Positions 12,600 through 24,735 are shown, counted from the stretch's first letter. The stretch: 64,000 bases of DNA from Negaprion brevirostris (GCA_030324005.1 JARDVH010000025.1:84606364-84670363), one strand, 5' to 3'. Numbers and translations: made by a program. The notes: generated from the letters alone by a model not told the origin.

Positions 12600-13285
12600 T
12601 ATAGAAACACAGACAGACCTAGGTGTGCAAGTCCACAAATCCTTGAAGGTGGCAGCACAGGTGGAGAAGGTGGTGAAAAAGGCACATGACATGTTTGCCT
12701 TTATAGGACGGGGTACAGCGTATAAAAACTGGAGTCTGATGTTGCAGCTGTANNNNNNNNNNNNNNNNNNNNNNNNNNNNNNNNNNNNNNNNNNNNNNNN
12801 NNNNNNNNNNNNNNNNNNNNNNNNNNNNNNNNNNNNNNNNNNNNNNNNNNNNNNNNNNNNNNNNNNNNNNNNNNNNNNNNNNNNNNNNNNNNNNNNNNNN
12901 NNNNNNNNNNNNNNNNNNNNNNNNNNNNNNNNNNNNNNNNNNNNNNNNNNNNNNNNNNNNNNNNNNNNNNNNNNNNNNNNNNNNNNNNNNNNNNNNNNNN
13001 NNNNNNNNNNNNNNNNNNNNNNNNNNNNNNNNNNNNNNNNNNNNNNNNNNNNNNNNNNNNNNNNNNNNNNNNNNNNNNNNNNNNNNNNNNNNNNNNNNNN
13101 NNNNNNNNNNNNNNNNNNNNNNNNNNNNNNNNNNNNNNNNNNNNNNNNNNNNNNNNNNNNNNNNNNNNNNNNNNNNNNNNNNNNNNNNNNNNNNNNNNNN
13201 NNNNNNNNNNNNNNNNNNNNNNNNNNTAGTTGGACCAATGAGCGGCACAGGCTTGGAGGGCCGAAGGGCCTGTTTCCTGTGCTGT
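12600..13285 (+). mobile_element. CR1 ORF2 C-terminal part and 3' tail, mostly in a gap
   Basis: DLGVQVHKSLKVAAQVEKVVKKA..FAFIGRG..YK; tail GGGCCGAAGGGCCTGTTTCCTGTGCTGTA. Confidence 0.85.
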
Positions 13286-13469
13286 ACTGTTTTGTTCTTT
13301 TGTCAAGCTTGGCTCTGCCTCAACAGTGGTAGCAAAGCCTTCAGCAGTCTTGGCCCCATTGTCTAAACCCATTCATTTCATTATGTCACTGCCCTTTAAA
13401 AGTTTCTTAAAATCTACTTTTTTGATCAGCATTTGGATATCCTTCAGTAATTGTCTCAGTTACTCCATT

Positions 13470-13915
13470 TTCCATAAACTTGAGCTCACCCAACAATTTG
13501 CTGCCCTTATCCTAACTCACACCAAGATCCATTCACCCAGCACTGTGCCTGCTGACTTACAATGGGTCAAGGTTCCGCAATCACTTGACTTTGAAACTCA
13601 TTTTGGTTTTGAAATCACCTCACTCCCCCATCTCTGTAACCTCCTCCAGCCCTTGTATTTCGCTGCACTCCTCCACATCCCTGATCGTAAATGCTGTTTT
13701 ATTAGTGGCTGTGCCTTCAGTTGCCTTGATCCTCAGCTCCAGAATTCCCTCCCTAAATCTTTCTGCTACTTTTAAATCCATTAAAGTGCTCCTTAATATT
13801 TAACCGTTTTGACTTTTTTTTGGATGGCCTGTGCAAATGACATGGTGTCAAATTTTATTTGCTAATGTTCCTTTCAAGTACTTTTGCACATTTTACTGTA
13901 CAGAATGAACTATAG
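13470..13915 (+). mobile_element. Decayed L2-like LINE 3' end
   Basis: Translates AALILTHTK..PST..ADLQW..; GGCTGTGCCTTCAG..CTCCAGAATTCCCTCCCTAAA. Confidence 0.6.
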
Positions 13916-14099
13916 AAACTGGTGCTGCATTTTTATTTGTGGACGCCTTGCAACTCTTCAAAAAGTTTGTCAAAAACATAAATGCAAATAAGAAACAACA
14001 CATTTTAAATGGTGGAAATCTGAAGCAAAGACAGAGGTGGCGATTCTCTCAAAAAGATTCTAAGTGTCAAATTTGCATAAAACTGGAGCAAATAATGTG

Positions 14100-14615
14100 C
14101 TTTTTTTCAGCGGCAGTTTCAAAATGAACCTCCCACAGTCTGTGAGCAGCTGAGGGCACTAGCGCGAATCAGTCCAAAAAAGTTGTGGGGGGGGAGGGGC
14201 CCCATTCCAGCTGAAGAGGCCAGCAGCAGAGCACTAAGCAAACAACTGCGCGTGCGCCGATATTGCCTAGCCCTGCGACCCCCATATCCGGCTGTGCATC
14301 CCCCCCCNNNNNNNNNNNNNNNNNNNNNNNNNNNNNNNNNNNNNNNNNNNNNNNNNNNNNNNNNNNNNNNNNNNNNNNNNNNNNNNNNNNNNNNNTTTGC
14401 AGTGCCAGCCAAGGGGCAATGTCCAGGGGACACCCCCCCCACCAACTCTTTGGGGGGGGGCCCCTCGATGTAACACCCCTCCGTGCACGTCCCCCCCCCG
14501 CCACTCCAACGGGATCAGGCTGCAAGCCCTCCCACAAGTGGAGAGCTTACTAAACTCCACTGAAGTGAAATACGCCTGGCCAAAAGGGGTAAAATTTCAG
14601 TCCAGGCCCGCTAAT
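14100..14615. mobile_element. GC-rich MITE-like fragment with gap
   Basis: Composition and motifs like 10733-11512. Confidence 0.45.
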
Positions 14616-15083
14616 GGAATTTAAGTTATATTGAAATAAGGACATGCATGCATTATGCGGCCCAGCCGATGGCACTGGAAATCCTGCTGCCGGAGACATG
14701 CAGAGGTTGCAGCTTTTAGCAGGAGCCCAAAATCACCTAGGACGACCTCCAGGGGATTGAGGTAACTCGGATTATTGCTGCTTACAGCTTCCCCATACTT
14801 CTTCCTCTGCAAGTTGAAGTCTCCTCCCGTCCCTTTATTCCACATAGGGCAACAGTTCTGAAAAAAATACTTCTCAATAACTAATTTAGTTACTCGCATA
14901 CATAGTTCATATTTATCTTTATCCATTTCATTTAACCAACCCAATTGGACATAATTTAAATCCCTTATTTAAATTAAAATCAAATCATCATCGCCAATAT
15001 TTCTCAAAATTTTGAATCCCAACTCAGAGTTTCTCTTAACTCCCAAACTAGGTATAATTTTCCTTATTGTCCTTTGTAATGTC

Positions 15084-15730
15084 ATGATGTGGAGATGCTG
15101 ACATTGGACTGGGGTAAGCACAGTAAAAGTCTCACAACACCAGATAAAGTCCAACAGGTTTATTTGGCAGCACAACCCACAAGCTTTCGAAGCACTGCCC
15201 CTTAATCAGGTGAGTAGGAGTTGTGTTCACAAACAGGGCATACATAGACACTTGGGGAACACTTCAGCAGTCATAGGCATTCAGCCTCTGATCTTCAAGT
15301 AAGCATTCTCCAAGGCAGCCCTCAAGACACGATGCAGAATCACTGAGCAGAAACTGATATCCAAGTTCCGCACACAGGAAGACGGTCTCAACTGGGATCT
15401 TGGGTTCACGTCACAGTATCTGTAGCCCCCACAACTAGCCTGGGCTTGCAAAATCTCACTAACTGCTGTGGCTGGAGACAATACACATCTCTTTAACTTG
15501 TACTTCACCCTCTCTTCACTCACATTATCTGTACTTTTAAGACTGGATTATCTATGAAGACTTGCATTCCAACCATTATCTTGTAAATTGAGTTTGTGTC
15601 TATATATGCCCAGTTTGTGAACACAACTGCCACTCACCCGATGAAGGGGCAGTGCTCCGAAAGCTTGTGGCTTGTGCTACCAAATAAAATTGTTGGACTT
15701 TAACCTGGTGTTGCGAGACTCCTTACTACG
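15084..15730 (+). mobile_element. Penelope-like element 3' fragment with inverted terminal-repeat copy (family A)
   Basis: Frameshifted GIY-YIG C-terminal-like peptide GEHFSSHRHSASDLQVSILQG/EQKLISKFRTQEDGLNWDLGF; about 15121-15250 inverted relative to about 15594-15728; TSD CTTTGTAATGTC at 15072-15083 and 15731-15742. Confidence 0.85.
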
Positions 15731-16060
15731 CTTTGTAATGTCTCCAGGGCTCCAACATTCTTGTATTGTGTGAGGGCCACAGAGGAACACAACTGCTGGC
15801 ATATGAACGTATCTTTATATAGTTATTATTCTTGGGGTATTATATTGAGGTATCCAAGCAATACAACCTTGAAACCCTAACTCCGTTTTCCAAGGGTGTC
15901 TCCTTGGTAATCCAACTACACAGCCCCAACATAAACATGTTTAGTTGTATTATTAAAAAGAGGCACATAAATTAAACTGGAGAAACGGTACCTTTTTATT
16001 TTGCTGAATCACGTGAATTATTTAAGAGTTAAGTGACGCAGGATATTACTTCTAACGTAC

Positions 16061-16175
16061 CAGTATGCTGTGACTTTACAACATGACCATCAGGAGCCTT
16101 GTCCAGTGCCACAAAGCCATCTTTTGGAGGGAATTTGAATTCTTCTTCACCAAAATTAAATTTGAGCTCAGCATT
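16061..16175 (-). CDS. DDX1: DDX1 coding exon 12 (115 nt), end of SPRY domain
   Basis: [38 protein letters not shown]; TAG and GT boundaries. Confidence 0.96.
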
Positions 16176-16257
16176 CTAGGGTACAAAAACAAAGTCCTTC
16201 AGTTATCAGCAATATTTACTGGCCATAATTTTTCACAAATGAAGGGGGTAAAATTAC

Positions 16258-16334
16258 CTTTAAAACACATGAGGCAAATAAGGCTTGGTTCTTCAGATGT
16301 GGGGGAATATCAAAGGCATGTCCAAGGTCTTTCC
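16258..16334 (-). CDS. DDX1: DDX1 coding exon 11 (77 nt), SPRY
   Basis: [26 protein letters not shown]; followed by a short 82-nt intron. Confidence 0.96.
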
Positions 16335-16738
16335 CTAGGGAAACAAAGAGCAACCTTAAGAACAAGGAGCAGTCATTCCACTGGTAAAAATATAACTGGA
16401 CAATACCAATGATCTGTGTTAATGATNNNNNNNNNNNNNNNNTATTTTTAATCATTACACAATGCAGTTCCTACAATGGTGTTCTTTCCACCTTTATAAA
16501 AGGGTGCGTGTGCATGTGTGTGTGTGGAGAAACAGAAGAAACTAGCAGTCATGCCATTCCAAATTTACACTTGCAAAAGATGACCAGCAATGCCAACTAT
16601 AACTCCAGATGCTATAACATACCAAATCAATCAATTATGAACAGTCGGACAATGGAAGATCAGGATATACACAGAACCTAAAGCTTAAACCAGTGCATTA
16701 TATTGCATTTAATGCTTTTAAATCAGAGGAAAACTTAC

Positions 16739-16811
16739 CATTTTTTGAAAACTTTATAGCTCCTTTATCAAGATCAATGTAGCATCCCATGGTGTCATGC
16801 ATTGTAAACTC
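16739..16811 (-). CDS. DDX1: DDX1 coding exon 10 (73 nt), SPRY
   Basis: [24 protein letters not shown]; TAG and GTAAGT boundaries. Confidence 0.96.
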
Positions 16812-16924
16812 CTAAAGAAAATAAATTTGCAAAAAAACAATGTGAACAGATTTAAATAGCTACAATACAAAACAAATTGATACTATGTTGAACCACATCC
16901 AACTTTAATTCAAAATATACATAC

Positions 16925-17001
16925 CTCTCCATAACTGTCAAACTGTTTGCAATGAGATTTCTTTCCAGTGCCACCAAATCCAAAGCCAAATTTGTCAGTG
17001 C
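16925..17001 (-). CDS. DDX1: DDX1 coding exon 9 (77 nt), SPRY
   Basis: [26 protein letters not shown]. Confidence 0.96.
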
Positions 17002-17629
17002 CTATTTAGGATTTCATAGGAAGAGAAAACAGATCAAATTTTAAATCAAGGGTATTTGCAAATAAAGGTGCACAGATATTTGTAAAGAAAGGTGCACAGA
17101 GTCACATTGTATTTGCAGCAAATAAGTAAGCCATTTGGCTCAATTTCTCTGTTTCAAATTCTATGCTCCATGTGAGCCATCTCCTATCCATCTTCAGTTA
17201 TTATCAGCATATCCTTCTATTCCTTTACCACTTAACTGTTTAGCTAATTTCTCCTTCAAACATATTGACGCCATTTGCTTCAACAGCTGCATCTGCTAGC
17301 GAGTTCTGTGTTCTAACCACTCTGGGCAAAGATGTTTTTCTACTGATTATCTTACAATTATGGATCTTGATTTTTGTTTTCTTCACAAGTGGAAACCTAC
17401 ATTTAACCTATCAAATCCTTCAATAACCTTAAGAAAACAATAAGTCACCACTCAACCTTTCTATGTCAAGAAAAGATTTACATTAATAGGTGAAATCTGG
17501 TAAGAAAACTCTCCTTTATGCAGCATTAAAAACAATTTTAGCCTCTTTATAAACACTGGGAATTTTCACAGTAACTTAAAACCATATAATGCACTGCTTA
17601 GACAATAGCATTCCATTGGTCTAAGCTCA

Positions 17630-18430
17630 TTGTCCATGACATTGCTTAGTACTTTGTCAAAATAAGTGATGAGAACGAATGATTTAAATTAGCTAAAAGG
17701 ATTAAGGAAAATGGGATTGTAGAAATAATGGGGAAAGCTTTTTTTAGTTATGTAAACAGTCAAAGAACTGCCAAAGCATTGGAGGATAACCAAACAGAGG
17801 TCACAAAAGGCTTTATGTATGATAAAACATTAATGAAGCATTTTGCACAGCTTGATTGTTGAAATTTAATGATTTTAATAGGACTAGTAATAAAGAAAAT
17901 AAACATGTTTTAAATGGAATTAAACATCTGAAAATACACAGGGCAACTGGGCCAAATAGTGTATACTAGATAGCCAGAGTGAAATGAGACACACCCCTAA
18001 CCTGCATTTTCAATGGCTCACTGCACTCGGACAGTTTCTGTGGGAGACAGAAACTAGAGGGAGACCAAAGTAGTCCCAATCTTTAAAAAGGACATGATAG
18101 ACTTTGGTAAATATAGACCTAGGGGTTTGACATTAGCAATAGGAAAGATGCTCGAAGGAATCATTAGAAAAAAAGCTTGAATTTATAGACTACATTTTGT
18201 GGAACTGAGCCACGACAGATCAGCCATGATCTTATTGAATGGCGGGGCAGGCTCGAAGGGCTGGATGGCCTACTCCTGCTCCTATTTCTTATGTTCTTAT
18301 TTTTCATTACAACAGTGATGATTGTATTCACTGTTGTAATGCAGGAAATAGTCAGAGATGGAATATATGATTGCATGGATAGAAAAGGACTTATTGGCAC
18401 ACCCAGTATGGTTTCATTGAAAAAAATGAG
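17630..18430 (+). mobile_element. Old CR1 ORF2 remnant with a nested young CR1 3' end (about 18197-18299)
   Basis: VVPIFKK..GKYRP-like translation near 18070-18130; young tail near-identical to 24372-24444 and 42958-43058. Confidence 0.75.
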
Positions 18431-19367
18431 TTCAATTTAGTCCTACTATGGTAGTCTGATTCAATGTCTCTAAAGCCCTCAAAATTCTGAACGCGTGTGT
18501 TAAGAGTTCAGAATTTGTATGGCCCAGGCCAATTTGAAGTTTGCATGAACACATACACGCACGTACAGTGCAAATTAATTTGTCTGGACTGACATGAAAG
18601 TGAGATACCAGAGTGCTGCAATTAGCTGAAAGTGAAATTGTATCCAAGCCCATATGGTAAAAACGTCCCTTTTCCAATCACTGGGCGAGTGCTCTACTGA
18701 AATTGCGGTTAAAGAGTGTGCTTTTGTGAGTAGGAGCTTTATTCCACACCTGGCTGTAAAAGTGCTCCACACTAAAGTCGAAAATGGAAGTGGCACAAAA
18801 AGGCAGAGCAATTCTCAGTACCAACATGCCTCACCCTTAGTATTGCTTGACCAATTAGCAGCAAAGTTACACTATTACTAAAAGTAAAAGTTGGCAAATT
18901 TCACAGGAAATAATCTGCTACTTATCTAATACATTTCAAATTGCTTCAGGAGGTAAAATAAATGGAAGGAGGATCACGACTATTAAGATAGCATTTGAGG
19001 ACATTTTTGAAACTGATGGTACTTAGAGAAAGAATTCTAGAATCTGCTAAAACACCTGCAGGCGAAAAAAGTAAAAAGATAGAAGTTGGAGATAAAAAAT
19101 GGGCCAAATCTGGATAAATGAACTCTGGGTGCGTGAATATGGTTTCCAAGATCACAAGGACAATATGTAAGGATCTGTGAAAAATGGGACAAGGATTTTG
19201 GAACTGACAGACCCAAATAGCAAACGAAAATTTCTGAGTATCAGTCCGAGCGTGAGCAAGCTGCCAGAAGGAGGGTGTTGCTTTAGGCAGGAACTGAACA
19301 GGATGGTTTAATCTTGTCAAAACAGTGAAGGAAAATCTTCTGCACCTGATGATTGTTGATATAGTTG

Positions 19368-19672
19368 AGGCGGCACGGTGGCTGGCACTGCTGCCTCACA
19401 GCGCCAGGGGCCCAGGTTCGATTCCCAGCTTGGGTCACTGTCTGTATGGGGTTTGCACATTCTCCGTGTGTCTGCATGGGTTTTCTCTGGCTGCTCCAGT
19501 TTCCTCCCAGTCCGACAGACATGCTGATTAAGTTGACTGGCCATGCTAAATTGCCCCCATTTGTCAGAGGAACTAGCGAGGGTAAACGCATGGGATTATG
19601 GGGCCTGGGTGGGATTGTGGTCAGTGCAGACTTGATGGGCTGAATGGCCTCCTTCTGCAATGTAGGATTCTA
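19368..19672 (+). mobile_element. Full-length HE1-like SINE (tail A)
   Basis: Pol III B-box GGTTCGATTCC, V-domain-like core, tail GGCCTCCTTCTGCAATGTAGGATTCTAT. Confidence 0.9.
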
Positions 19673-20271
19673 TACTGCTTATACATTGTGAAAGCATTAA
19701 CAGATATGAGACACCTTAACAAGTAGAAAAACTGCATTATAACAGTGTAAGCAATATCATAGTATCATTAATCAATGACAGGTTATTTTATTATGTTAAA
19801 AGCACTATATAAATTAAAGGTCTGACTCACTCAAGGCTTTTGGATATTTAGCAAGGGACAACTCTCTCAAGTTTTTCATTTAGAGAAAGGTTTGAAATCC
19901 TTTAGGGAGATGCAAGTTGTTTTATCCTCTTACTGCATCGTTGAAGATCCCAAAAGATTTTCATTTGGCTATTCTGTAAGTGTCAGAATTTGCAAGGAAG
20001 ATATCCTACAAAGGTATCTGAAACACCAGTGATACTATATTTGTTTTCTAAAAAGGGTGCTCTGTACTTAAGTTAACTCATGGTTTTGGTTTGATACTCT
20101 CCTATAAACTAATCCTTGTGGAAAAACTGGATGTGGAAGAGAATAAGGGTAAACAAGTGAGGTGTGGAGTTTTAGGGAAAAGTTTATGATTCAGACAGCT
20201 GGAGGCATGGCTGCTAAAGGAGCAAAGAGATTCTGGAGTATACAGGAATCCAGACTACAACATATCAACAT

Positions 20272-20408
20272 AAAATAGCAAAATACTGCGAATGCTGGAA
20301 TCTGAAACAAGAACTGAAACTGCTGGAAAATCTCAGCAGGTCTGACAACATCTGTGGGGAGAGAAAAGAGCCTATGTTTTGAGTGTGGATGAACCTTTGT
20401 CATAGCTG
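20272..20408 (-). mobile_element. Short Penelope-type terminal-repeat fragment (family B)
   Basis: Homologous to 51675-51745, 62407-62506 and 62625-62750. Confidence 0.65.
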
Positions 20409-20694
20409 ACCACATCAACAAATTGTTCATTCAACCCCAATATTATTACTTGTTTCAGGACTTTTGTCAAGAACCTTGTTACGGATTCTCCTACCAAAGG
20501 AGAGAATTTCTTTTCCTCCTCTCGGCAAGTATCTCAATTAGATTACCATTCAATTATCTAATCTCAAGGAAATATAAAACGTAAAAAAAAAGGATAATTT
20601 GGTGCTTGAGTTGGAGATCAACTCCACCAAAATACATATGCATTATGCGAAGGGATGCTAGATGGTGGGAATCTTAGATTTAAAACAAAAACAA

Positions 20695-21095
20695 TCATGA
20701 GACACGAGTGTCACTGGCAAAGGAGCACTTAATGTCCTCGAGAAAAATATGTTGAGTTGCCTTCTTGAATCACTGCTGTCCAGGGAGTGTAGGTTTATAC
20801 CCCATGCTGCTAAGTAGGAAGCTACAGGATTTTGACATGACAGTGATGAAGCAGCACTGGCAATATATTTTCAAGTCAGGATACCTATTAATTTGGAGGA
20901 ACCTGCAGGTGGTGGTGTTCCCATGTGCCTGCAACCCTTCTCCTTTGAGCTGGCAGAGGTCATGCATTTTGAAAGTGCTGTCAAAGAAGCAAGGTGCTGC
21001 AGCGCATGTTGTTCATAAGATACACCGTAGTCATGATGCACCAATGGGGAAGGGAGGGTATTTTTGAGTTGGTGGATGGCGTTAATCAAGCAGGC
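20695..21095 (-). mobile_element. CR1-group LINE 3' end
   Basis: Same family as 33010-33945, 44335-44590 and 60730-60997. Confidence 0.75.
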
Positions 21096-21099
21096 TGAT

Positions 21100-21480
21100 T
21101 TCCTGTCTGTGTGGAGTAGCACTTTCTCTCAGTATCTGCGTGGGTTTCCTCCAGGTGCTCTGGTTTCCTCCCACAGTCCAAAAAAGTGCAGGTAGGTGGA
21201 TTAGCCTTGCTAAAATTGCCCCTTAGTGTCCAAAGGTGTGCAGATTNNNNNNNNNNNNNNNNNNNNNNNNNNNNNNNNNNNNNNNNNNNNNNNNNNNNNN
21301 NNNNNNNNNNNNNNNNNNNNNNNNNNNNNNNNNNNNNNNNNNNNNNGTGCAGATTAGGTAGATTAACCATAGTAGATGTGTGGGGCCATGGGCAGAGGGT
21401 GGAGTGCATCTGGGTAAGATGCTCTTTTGAAGAGTCGGTGCAGACTCAATGGCCTCCTTCTATGCCGTAGGGATTCTATA
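21100..21480 (+). mobile_element. HE1-like SINE, 5' truncated, with gap
   Basis: Core GTGGGTTTCCTCCAGGTGCTCTGGTTTCCTCCCACAGTCC and tail A. Confidence 0.85.
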
Positions 21481-21839
21481 ACCTAGATGTAATGTAGCAC
21501 ACCTACCTGCATCCTAATGAGCTTATTTGGTTACTTGCTAAACAGTCAGCAATTAAGGATGCAAGGATTGTTTCAATCTTATTTGTCCTTCCTTGAAGTT
21601 GATGCAGAAAAAGATGGATTCAAATGAGGAAACCATTTATTGCTATTTTGATCTTATACACCAAGGCAGAGTAATATTGACACTGAATTCTTAAGAATTT
21701 TACAACTTATTTAAACAGAACACATAAAAACTTTAAACATTAAGCTTAGCTATTGAGCAATTCAGCACTAACTGCAAAGACACTAACAGCTTCTTACTGA
21801 TGCAAGCATCAGAAAAGATATATGGGTTAATTAGCTTAC

Positions 21840-21923
21840 CCAAATCCAGTGAAGCCTGCATGGTAGACCAACCAATTCTGCACAAGCCTTGGTCATGGCA
21901 ATGTACTTCATAGTAATATTTTC
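21840..21923 (-). CDS. DDX1: DDX1 coding exon 8 (84 nt), SPRY
   Basis: [28 protein letters not shown]; TAG and GTAAG boundaries. Confidence 0.96.
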
Positions 21924-22728
21924 CTATATGTGAACAGAGTATTCATAAACTTTAACACCCAGAAATACTATATTACTAAACTACCTTTCAAAACTAATTT
22001 TAAATTCAAAAACCTATACTGGATGGAAAATACAAAAAAAAAATTAAATTTACACACAATTCCAAAATTAAACAAGACGCAAAAAAACAACTCACAAAAG
22101 CTTTCAGTGGAAAAGATTACAAACAGAACACTGGAAATTGAAAATACAAATAAAAAACTGTTAGAAATGCACATGCCAGTTGACAAGCTGTGAGATGTTG
22201 ACTGCTTTGACTCATGGGTTGCCAGCCTTTCACAACATTGATCAACTTCCAAAAATATTTGAGAATTACTATGCAGTCAAGTACTATGTATCAGTTTCAT
22301 TGGACTTGAGCCTCCTCTGGGTGGCAATCTGATGCAGACTGCCAATCCTCTCTCAGTTTTTTTTTTGCCCTTTTTTCCAGTATGTCTCACTCGACATTCC
22401 AGCTCAGATTGTATGAGACCCAGACAGTGCAGCCATCCCCAGGGCAAAGAAAATGCCTCTCTCCCCCCACCACTTTGAAACAAAACTAGCTGCCAGAAAC
22501 CAGGTAGTTTCAAGGTCCATTGAAGTTTAAAATGTCTTTGACAGGCCAGGGAGAAGGCAATTGTAAGTTCAGTGGATAGGAGGGTTTCAGAAGGTCAGGC
22601 TTGTGGAGGGATGGGGTAGGGGCAAGAGCCAGTCATGAGGAGTGACTTCCTTGGGTGAGAGAGTTCTTGCTGGGGGGGAGGGGGGCGTGATGGTGTTGAA
22701 CAGATCGAGTCCTGAGTCTATCCCAGTA

Positions 22729-22969
22729 AGACTCACAACACCAGGTTAAAGTCCAACTGGTTTATTTTATAGTAAATGTGACTAGCTTTTGGGGTTTGCC
22801 CCTCCGTCAGGTGAATGAGTCAGGGAGTTGCGCCTTCGTCAGGTAACCTGACAAACGGGCAAACCCTGAAAGCTAGTTTACTACCAAATAAACCTGTTGG
22901 ATTTTAACCTGGTGTCGAGAGACTTCTTACTGTGTTTACCCCAGTCCAAAGTGGGTATCTTCACATCAT
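22729..22969. mobile_element. Fold-back Penelope-like insertion (family A)
   Basis: Arms about 22730-22815 and 22845-22930 are inverted; TSD GTCTATCCCAGTA at 22716-22728 and 22970-22982. Confidence 0.85.
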
Positions 22970-23276
22970 GTCTATCCCAGTACCCAGAAGTTAAAAGAAA
23001 TTTTTATTCCCCGCCCCCCACTAACTATTGATGTAACTCAGTCAGAACCACTCCAAGTTTGCAATTTAAATTGCATTTCTGATGTTCCCAAGTGCTGGGG
23101 GATTGCCTAGAGGAAATGTGCACTTCTACGCAATTTTGTGCAAACCTTACCGATGAACTTGTGAAGGGTTTTCNNNNNNNNNNTGATAAGGCTGCACTCA
23201 ACATCAAAAAACTACAGCACTTCCACATTTTTATTCATAGAAATTGATTCAATGATCTGTGGCACACAATACTTAC

Positions 23277-23360
23277 CCTTGGTCACTACCTTTGTGGACC
23301 TGCATCCATGCCATTCTTTTACTTCCCTGCTTTGACAGCACAAGCCATCAGGTCCAATAG
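23277..23360 (-). CDS. DDX1: DDX1 coding exon 7 (84 nt), SPRY
   Basis: [28 protein letters not shown]; CAG and GTAAGT boundaries. Confidence 0.96.
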
Positions 23361-24180
23361 CTGTAGAAGTATCAAAATCAGTTATACATTTACAAGAAGC
23401 CAACATTGAAAAAAAATGATTTTTTTTTAAAAGCACATCATAGTCCATTCCACTTTTGTGTCTTTTTTCTATACTCCTTGACCCAACAAAGCACAATTGG
23501 TTTCAGAAAATGTCATTGACCAAGCAGTGGGAAAGAAGTTTCAGATTTATATTATTCCTTTGTGTGAAGCAGCTCAAATGAACAAGTGAAAAGTTTGAAA
23601 GTCTAGCTGCAGAATGCCCTTTTTATTGCATTATATGGATCTTGACATGTTGAACATATTGTATAGCACTCCTTCCCAGTCAATGATACAAGATATACCA
23701 TACTAATTTATCTGCGGATAAAAGCATCCAAATGTTATTGAAGTACAGTATATAAAGTGGAGTGGGCCACTGATTCAGCTCCTGGTTTCTGTTGAATTTA
23801 GTCTGACCTGGGGAGTAATAGGAAAAGAATTCTGGCTCAATTCTCTGGATTAGGTCACAAAGAAAAACTGACCAAAGCTTCTGCTCCTTACTACTGTTTA
23901 AATAACTGCTGGCAATGAAATAAGGGTAGACTCAAGCTTGGTTGAGATTCTTGAAAATGAATTCCCCTGGCACCTTGCCAATTAGATGATTAAGGCTTGA
24001 AATACACTTGCTCAAGTGACTCAGCAAAAGGCATCATTTTTGATGTGGGTGGGGAAAAAGGTCTGATGGAGAGAAGGAGGAAAACAGATATGGATGAAGC
24101 TTATTATAATCTTGTTAAGGTTGATCAGGGATTGACTAATACCTTGAAACATTAGTTTAGGATGCTATGAAGCTACACAA

Positions 24181-24444
24181 CGAAAATGCTGCAGCAGTAG
24201 GAGGAGAGGTAATAAGCCGTGGATAACGAAGGAGGTGAAGGAAAGTGTTAAATTAAAAGCGGAGGCGTTTANNNNNNNNNNNNNNNNNNNNNNNNNNNNN
24301 NNNNNNNNNNNNNNNNNNNNNNNNNNNNNNNNNNNNNNNNNNNNNNNNNNNNNNNNNNNNNNNNNNNNNNNTGATCTTATTGAGTGGCGGGGCAGGCTCG
24401 AAGGGCTAGATGGCCTACTCCTGCTCCTATTTCTTATGTTCTTA
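24181..24444 (+). mobile_element. Young CR1, body collapsed in gap
   Basis: NKPWITKEVKESVKLKAEAF (endonuclease-RT linker) before the gap, CR1 tail after it. Confidence 0.8.
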
Positions 24445-24735
24445 TAATGATTATAGACAAGATGGACACATTACTCCTTCATGCAATTTAAGCAGTAGTC
24501 ATTTTTCACATATATTCAGATGACACAGAACTACTTCTATTAAGATAATTTACTAATTGCTACTAGATAATTTTCTCCATAAGCTTTATTAACAAAAACT
24601 GCATACACAAAATAAAATAGTCACAACAAATGGATTTTTACTCAAACTATACAGAGGACATTTTACTTTGAATTGCACTTTTAACAATTCTAATTTGAAC
24701 ACATTTTTCACTGAACAAGAATAGACTTGACTTAC

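Noticed and set aside
12451-13372. ORFs of 209-293 aa in the track
   Set aside because: Their length comes from translating Ns; the real part is CR1 ORF2.
19368-19450. tRNA-like A and B boxes
   Set aside because: These are SINE heads that continue into SINE core and tail; no full cloverleaf, so not called as tRNA genes.
21930-22252. Lys/Asn-rich ORF and its Phe-rich antisense ORF
   Set aside because: A-rich low-complexity intron sequence next to DDX1 exon 8.
23760-23960. Possible ancient LF-SINE-like remnant
   Set aside because: The resemblance is from memory only and the sequence is too decayed to support; a Dfam HMM search would decide.
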